Position numbers and translations under genes: made by a program. Shown here in pieces: positions 59,301-64,000 of a DNA stretch of 64,000 nt (position 1 is the first letter of the stretch; each line of letters starts with the position of its first letter). The notes under the pieces were generated by a model. The model made no database searches, was not told the origin of the DNA, and saw only the letters and a list, made by a program, of their open reading frames with translations. The stretch is from Ginglymostoma cirratum (lineage: Eukaryota): positions 32,275,660 through 32,339,659 of the forward strand of contig JAHRHZ010000022.1 in assembly GCA_024137785.1 (NCBI GenBank), given 5' to 3'.

Positions 59301-62300
59301 ACTAACAATCTTCCAAGTAGTGAAATTAATTTTCCTTTGCCCTGAAAACTTCCCGTGACATCTGTCTTTTTTTTAAAATAGCATTTTTCTAAGTTGTTTC
59401 GAGACATTGACTAGTTGAGACAAATATTAATAGAAATAAGGCGTTATACATTTTAAATTATTGCAATATATTAGTCGTAAGTTGACAAAATACACTGTAA
59501 GCAGATTGTTTCCTTTTTTGGGACGTCTGAAAATAGATACACTTTTAAACAGATACAAATTACACCAGATTAATTTATAAGGTGATTCTTTAATCTGTGT
59601 CCTTAATAAAATTGCTTTTCATAATGTTCTGAATTAATTGTTCGTTATTACAGTGCTTAAGTTATTCCATTTCCTACGGCTTTATAAAAATAAAAAAAAC
59701 ATAATGTAACAAAAGTTAAATGTTACTGAAGAAAATATGTAAATATATTGAAGGGTTACATTGTCCAAGCAATACTGTAAAAATCCTGTCTAAAATATTA
59801 AATGGCCTCTCCAGCTTCTGAAATCTGTTGAATAAGCTCAAATTCTCAATTTGTTTAATGTGTGTTCATAAATCTATCAAGATTTATGGAAAAAAAACCC
59901 CAGAAAAGTGCTACTATTGAGTGTGCAGGTTACTGCATCTACACAAATAGTTTCACAAAATTTTGAAATTTTCCGTCAATTCGTAGTATTATTTCCCAGA
60001 CTACCTATTTGCTGCGAGTAAAGAAGCCAGGTTATTTAAAAGGATGGCATTTTTATAAATTATGTAAGTACATCAATCATTTAAATATTGAACTGTAATC
60101 TAGTATAAATGTCTGATATAAATGCATTATTGTAGTGTGTGTTATCCCTTATTGGGTTTCAAATGTCTTTGTTTTTACCCACTTAATTTGACCGAATATT
60201 AAGGAAGTTGTTCTTTTGCTGTCTTCATGTTGAACTTCTCCCTAAGGAATGAATTAAGCATATCCACATGGAGAGAAGCAATGCATGCAGTTTGAAGATA
60301 AACAAAGAAACTTAATTTGTATAAAGTAGTGAATTCTCCAGAATTTGTCCTGCCATGTTCTTCATTTGACAATAAATAAGCATGATCAGAAAATTAGAAT
60401 TAGGACTGAAATTTACCTTCTTCCTATAATTTTGACTGTATTTAATTGGGAAATGCAAAAGACTAATTTGCACAACAGGATGATGGAAAATATTCTTCAT
60501 TTCATGGTAGTGAACTCTCTTCACCAACAGTCAAAGCAAAAATAATAGTTAAATAATCTGTGTCGATACATTTCATGTTACCCCTGTTCTGGTCTTTGAA
60601 TGGTCCAAGCTTTTTCTGCAATCGCTTCCCTCGGGAATTGTGAATAATTTATTATTTGTGGCTTTCAGTTGCAGGTAATGATAATTTTCCTTATTTAAGA
60701 CTTAATAGAATTTGTTTTTTCCTGCTGCCAAGATCAGCTATGCCTACTCTTTGATAAATACTCTAATTGGTGTGCAACATAGTCACGTAAAACTACATGG
60801 CACAATTTAAATCATCCTTTATATGTCTAAAAATATTTTCCCTTGTAAGTCTTAAGATGTATAATGCATGGATTGTAACACTGATATCTTAAAGGCTAAA
60901 CCTGCAATCATTCTCCTTAGAGGATATTCCCATATCTCCATGTACAATTAATTTGCCTGGTGCCGTTTGAAATAATTATTAAATATATCAGCATAATGTG
61001 GGAAATTTTTAATGACTGTTTAAAATTTTTATTATGCTGTGTCAAACATTTACCAGAAGTAAATGACTCAACTGAATAAGAAAATAACATATTGAATGAG
61101 TACACATTTGGCCTCAACATTTGAAAGCACACCAGCTATTCTCTTTTCAATTTTCTCTTGTTTGATGGTATACTGTTATGACGTCTTGATATATGGCATT
61201 AGTATTTTGAAGTGAGATTCTATGAAAATCTTTCACTTATCTTTTTGAACCTATTGGCTTTTCTGTGTACAAATCACTAATGAAGCTATTTGTCAAAAGT
61301 AATTGGTGGCAATAAAAATAATTTGGACTAGTTACCTCATTTGATAGCCAACATCTTCACGAAATGTAAGTTTAACATTGGTCCACTTACTATTTATATA
61401 TTGATATTAATGTAATGAAATAGGAGATTAAATGTTATAATTGCTCTGTACCCAATAAGTTGGAAGTTTGATCGAAGCTATTATCCATTGTATTTCTATT
61501 GACTTTTTTGAACATTACTGGAATGAAATACAAAAATTGAATGAACTTTAGGAATTATTTAAAATAATTTAATTTATTCAGTTCATTTAAAAACATTTCC
61601 TGTGCCGGAACACTGGAAGAATCATTTTCTTTTTTAATCCTACTTCAGATGTATCAAGCAAACTGCTGATGAAAATTCCAAATAATTTGCTGATGCTTAT
61701 AAAAGGGAATTAAAAAACACAAAGCATTGAGGTTCATTTTCCTACTTCTTTCCATCTATTGTTGTAAGAATACTTTCGCTGTTGGTAGATCTCGGTTTCT
61801 CTTTTGCCTGACTAGGAAGTGCTAAATACCATAAGCATTGCAGATTTCAGAGATCAGCTACAGTACCCAATTGTACAAAGAGGGTAAATCGACCTGGTTC
61901 AGATGATAACAAGTTTCCTAATAGAGTTGCAAGGTTCAGTCATTCTTTCAAATAAATCATTTTGATGAGGACAGAAAAAGCCCATGAGTTAAATTAGAAA
62001 TAGAAATATCAATAAGTCGAATAGTAAATTAATCAGATGTCATTTCCTGTTAAAGTATAAAACATTTAGGCCAAAGTCCACATGACGAATAATGACATTG
62101 CTCCACACAACGCATCCATGCCAGTGGATTAGCTGATATTTAAGGCAGGGTTCATGACTCCAAACTCAGGCTTAAATATGGGTTAGAGGTTCTCACTGCG
62201 GGGAGATGGTCACTTACCTGCGATTCTCCCCGAATTGCACTTCTGTACTCCTCATACTGCCTCTGGAAAAATAGTCCAGTAGTGCCAAGGCATTGTGGAA

Positions 62301-62332
62301 TGGTGTGTCAGCCAGCTCTGCAAAATATTGTG

Positions 62333-62411
62333 AACGTAAACAAAATTGCTGGAAAAGCTCAGCAGTTAGCGTTTCGGGTCCGGTGACCCTTCCTCGGAAC
62401 TGAGAACAGAA
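62333..62411 (-). mobile_element. Minimal (79 bp) PLE-derived insertion with hammerhead-like motif and 15-bp TSD
   Basis: Minus strand CCGAGGA-A-GGGUC-ACCG-GACCC-GAAAC-GCU (62397-62368); TSD ctgcaaaatattgtg 62318-62332 / ctgcaaaacattgtg 62412-62426. Confidence 0.8.
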
Positions 62412-63414
62412 CTGCAAAACATTGTGTCTACCTCTCTCCGTTCCTGACTCCAGTGAGTGCTTACACCCAGTCTTTAGTCTTTGTTCATGTAGAATATATA
62501 TTCCCATGTATTTTGCTAAATATTGATGCACTTTTGGCCTCAGGAACGTATTTAAATCTGAGTGGTACATTTTAAGAAGTACAAAATAGTCATCTGGAAA
62601 TCAATTAAAAATGAAGGATTTTTTTTTCTGTATGTTTGGAAGTGGAAGTAGCTGAAAGTAGCTGAATCCTGTCGCCCTCTCCCCCTCCAGCAGGATTATG
62701 GTCTGGGCAGAAAGATCCACAGTTGACCTTCCTGATCCACCATGAAGGATCAGTTAACGGCCTCATCACAGCTGGTATGGTGACATGAACTTGTCACCAT
62801 GTGGCTTATCTGACGGTGTGGGCAGCTATCACGTTAGTCTAAGAAGGTGTCCTTCAAAAAGAGACTGGACATGAGGCAGAGGATGCGAGAGGAAGCTGGT
62901 CTTCACTCTTGCTTCCAAACGTGCCTGGTCCTCCTTGTCTTATGACCTCTTACATGCGCAACACCTGTTCTAGGCCTTCCCTAGAAGGGTCTGTTGCTGA
63001 CTGTCCAGCCGTCTGACCAGTCTCCTCTTACTCAACAAGATTCTGCCTGTCGTCTTGATTCAGTATTGCATCTCAAAGGAAGCTGTTAAACCTGCACCTT
63101 CTATCTATTAGTTAAAAATAGCCCTCATATATAACAGCTGATTTCTGTCATTGTCAATTTTTGGGTGTTTGTCACTATTCTCTGTTCTGAAGTAACTTGT
63201 ATAATCCGCAAGGAGATGGGAATCAAAGAATGGAACATCTCCTCTTGTTTACCAGTGTGGAACATATCAACCCTGCAGATTGTTTAGCCATTCACTTAGA
63301 CTACTCTGAGATGTTACGGTCTTTGTTAAATCAGACTTTGTAAACTTGTTGGACTCACAAATGGTCGCACTAAAATCTACCAAGGGAAGTTTGCAAGGGA
63401 AATCGAGTGGAAAA

Positions 63415-63995
63415 AGTAAGCAAGATTTTTTACAGTTCTGTAGGGTCATGGTGATTATCACATTTGAAGTACTGTGTATAGTTTTAGTCTCCTTGCTTAA
63501 CAAAGGGTGTGTACAATTGCATTTCAAAAACAGTTCATATTCTTGGATGAAGGGATTGCCTTGTGAGGAAAGGTTGGATAGGGGGAGCCTATATTCATTG
63601 AAGTTTTGAAGAGTAAGAGGTGAGCTTGTATAAGATGCTAATGCAGATGGACAGGGTGGGTATTGAAAGGATGTTTTACCTGGTGCAAGGCATTAAAACC
63701 AGCAGATACAGTTTAAAAGTAAGTGGTCTCCTATTTGAGATGGAGACGGGGAGAATTTTCTGTTCAAAGTGTTATCCAGGGAAGAAAAATCTACGTACTA
63801 AAAACAGTGGAGGCAGGGTCCTTGAATATTTTTAAGGCCTGTTTCAAATGCTTGATGAGGAGAAGGGGAAGTTAGTAGACAGGAAATTAGAGTTAAGGTC
63901 ACAATCAGATTCATCATGATTCTATCAATTGGGACAGCAGGTCTGAAGGACTGAATGGCCTGCTTCTACTCCTAAGTTATATGTTTACATTGTAT
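63415..63995 (+). mobile_element. CR1 LINE 3' end
   Basis: ORFs 63346-63609 (MKGLPCEERLDRGSLYSLKF) and 63620-63835 (YKML..MDRVGIERMF); tail ggactgaatggcctgcttctactcctaagttatatg. Confidence 0.88.
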
Positions 63996-64000
63996 GTTTA

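Noticed and set aside
116-63835. Supplied six-frame ORFs as host genes
   Set aside because: All are 140 aa or shorter and many start at non-ATG codons. Those with recognisable motifs are transposon remnants, and the rest resemble no protein I know.

Overview
AT-rich vertebrate genomic DNA, almost certainly from a shark or other elasmobranch, judged by two HE1-type tRNA SINEs, DeuSINE-like elements and shark-type CR1 LINEs. I recognise no host protein-coding exon; the supplied ORFs are short and are either chance ORFs or pieces of decayed transposons. The window reads as a large intron or gene desert. Repeat-poor, homeodomain-motif-rich blocks (possible conserved enhancers) alternate with clusters of old CR1, L2 and CR1-group LINEs and SINEs. 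The most notable content is (1) two Penelope-like element (PLE) relics with GIY-YIG endonuclease remnants; (2) about ten short PLE-derived non-autonomous insertions, several carrying minimal hammerhead ribozyme cores (CUGANGA-N-helix II-GAAAC-GUC), several with 11-17 bp target-site duplications, and one forming a ~97-bp fold-back palindrome whose arms share private variants; and (3) Harbinger/PIF relics: a three-exon Myb/SANT-like gene with recognisable splice sites and two heavily decayed DDE transposase traces. Boundaries of old repeats are approximate, and family names come from my recollection of consensus motifs, not from a database search.
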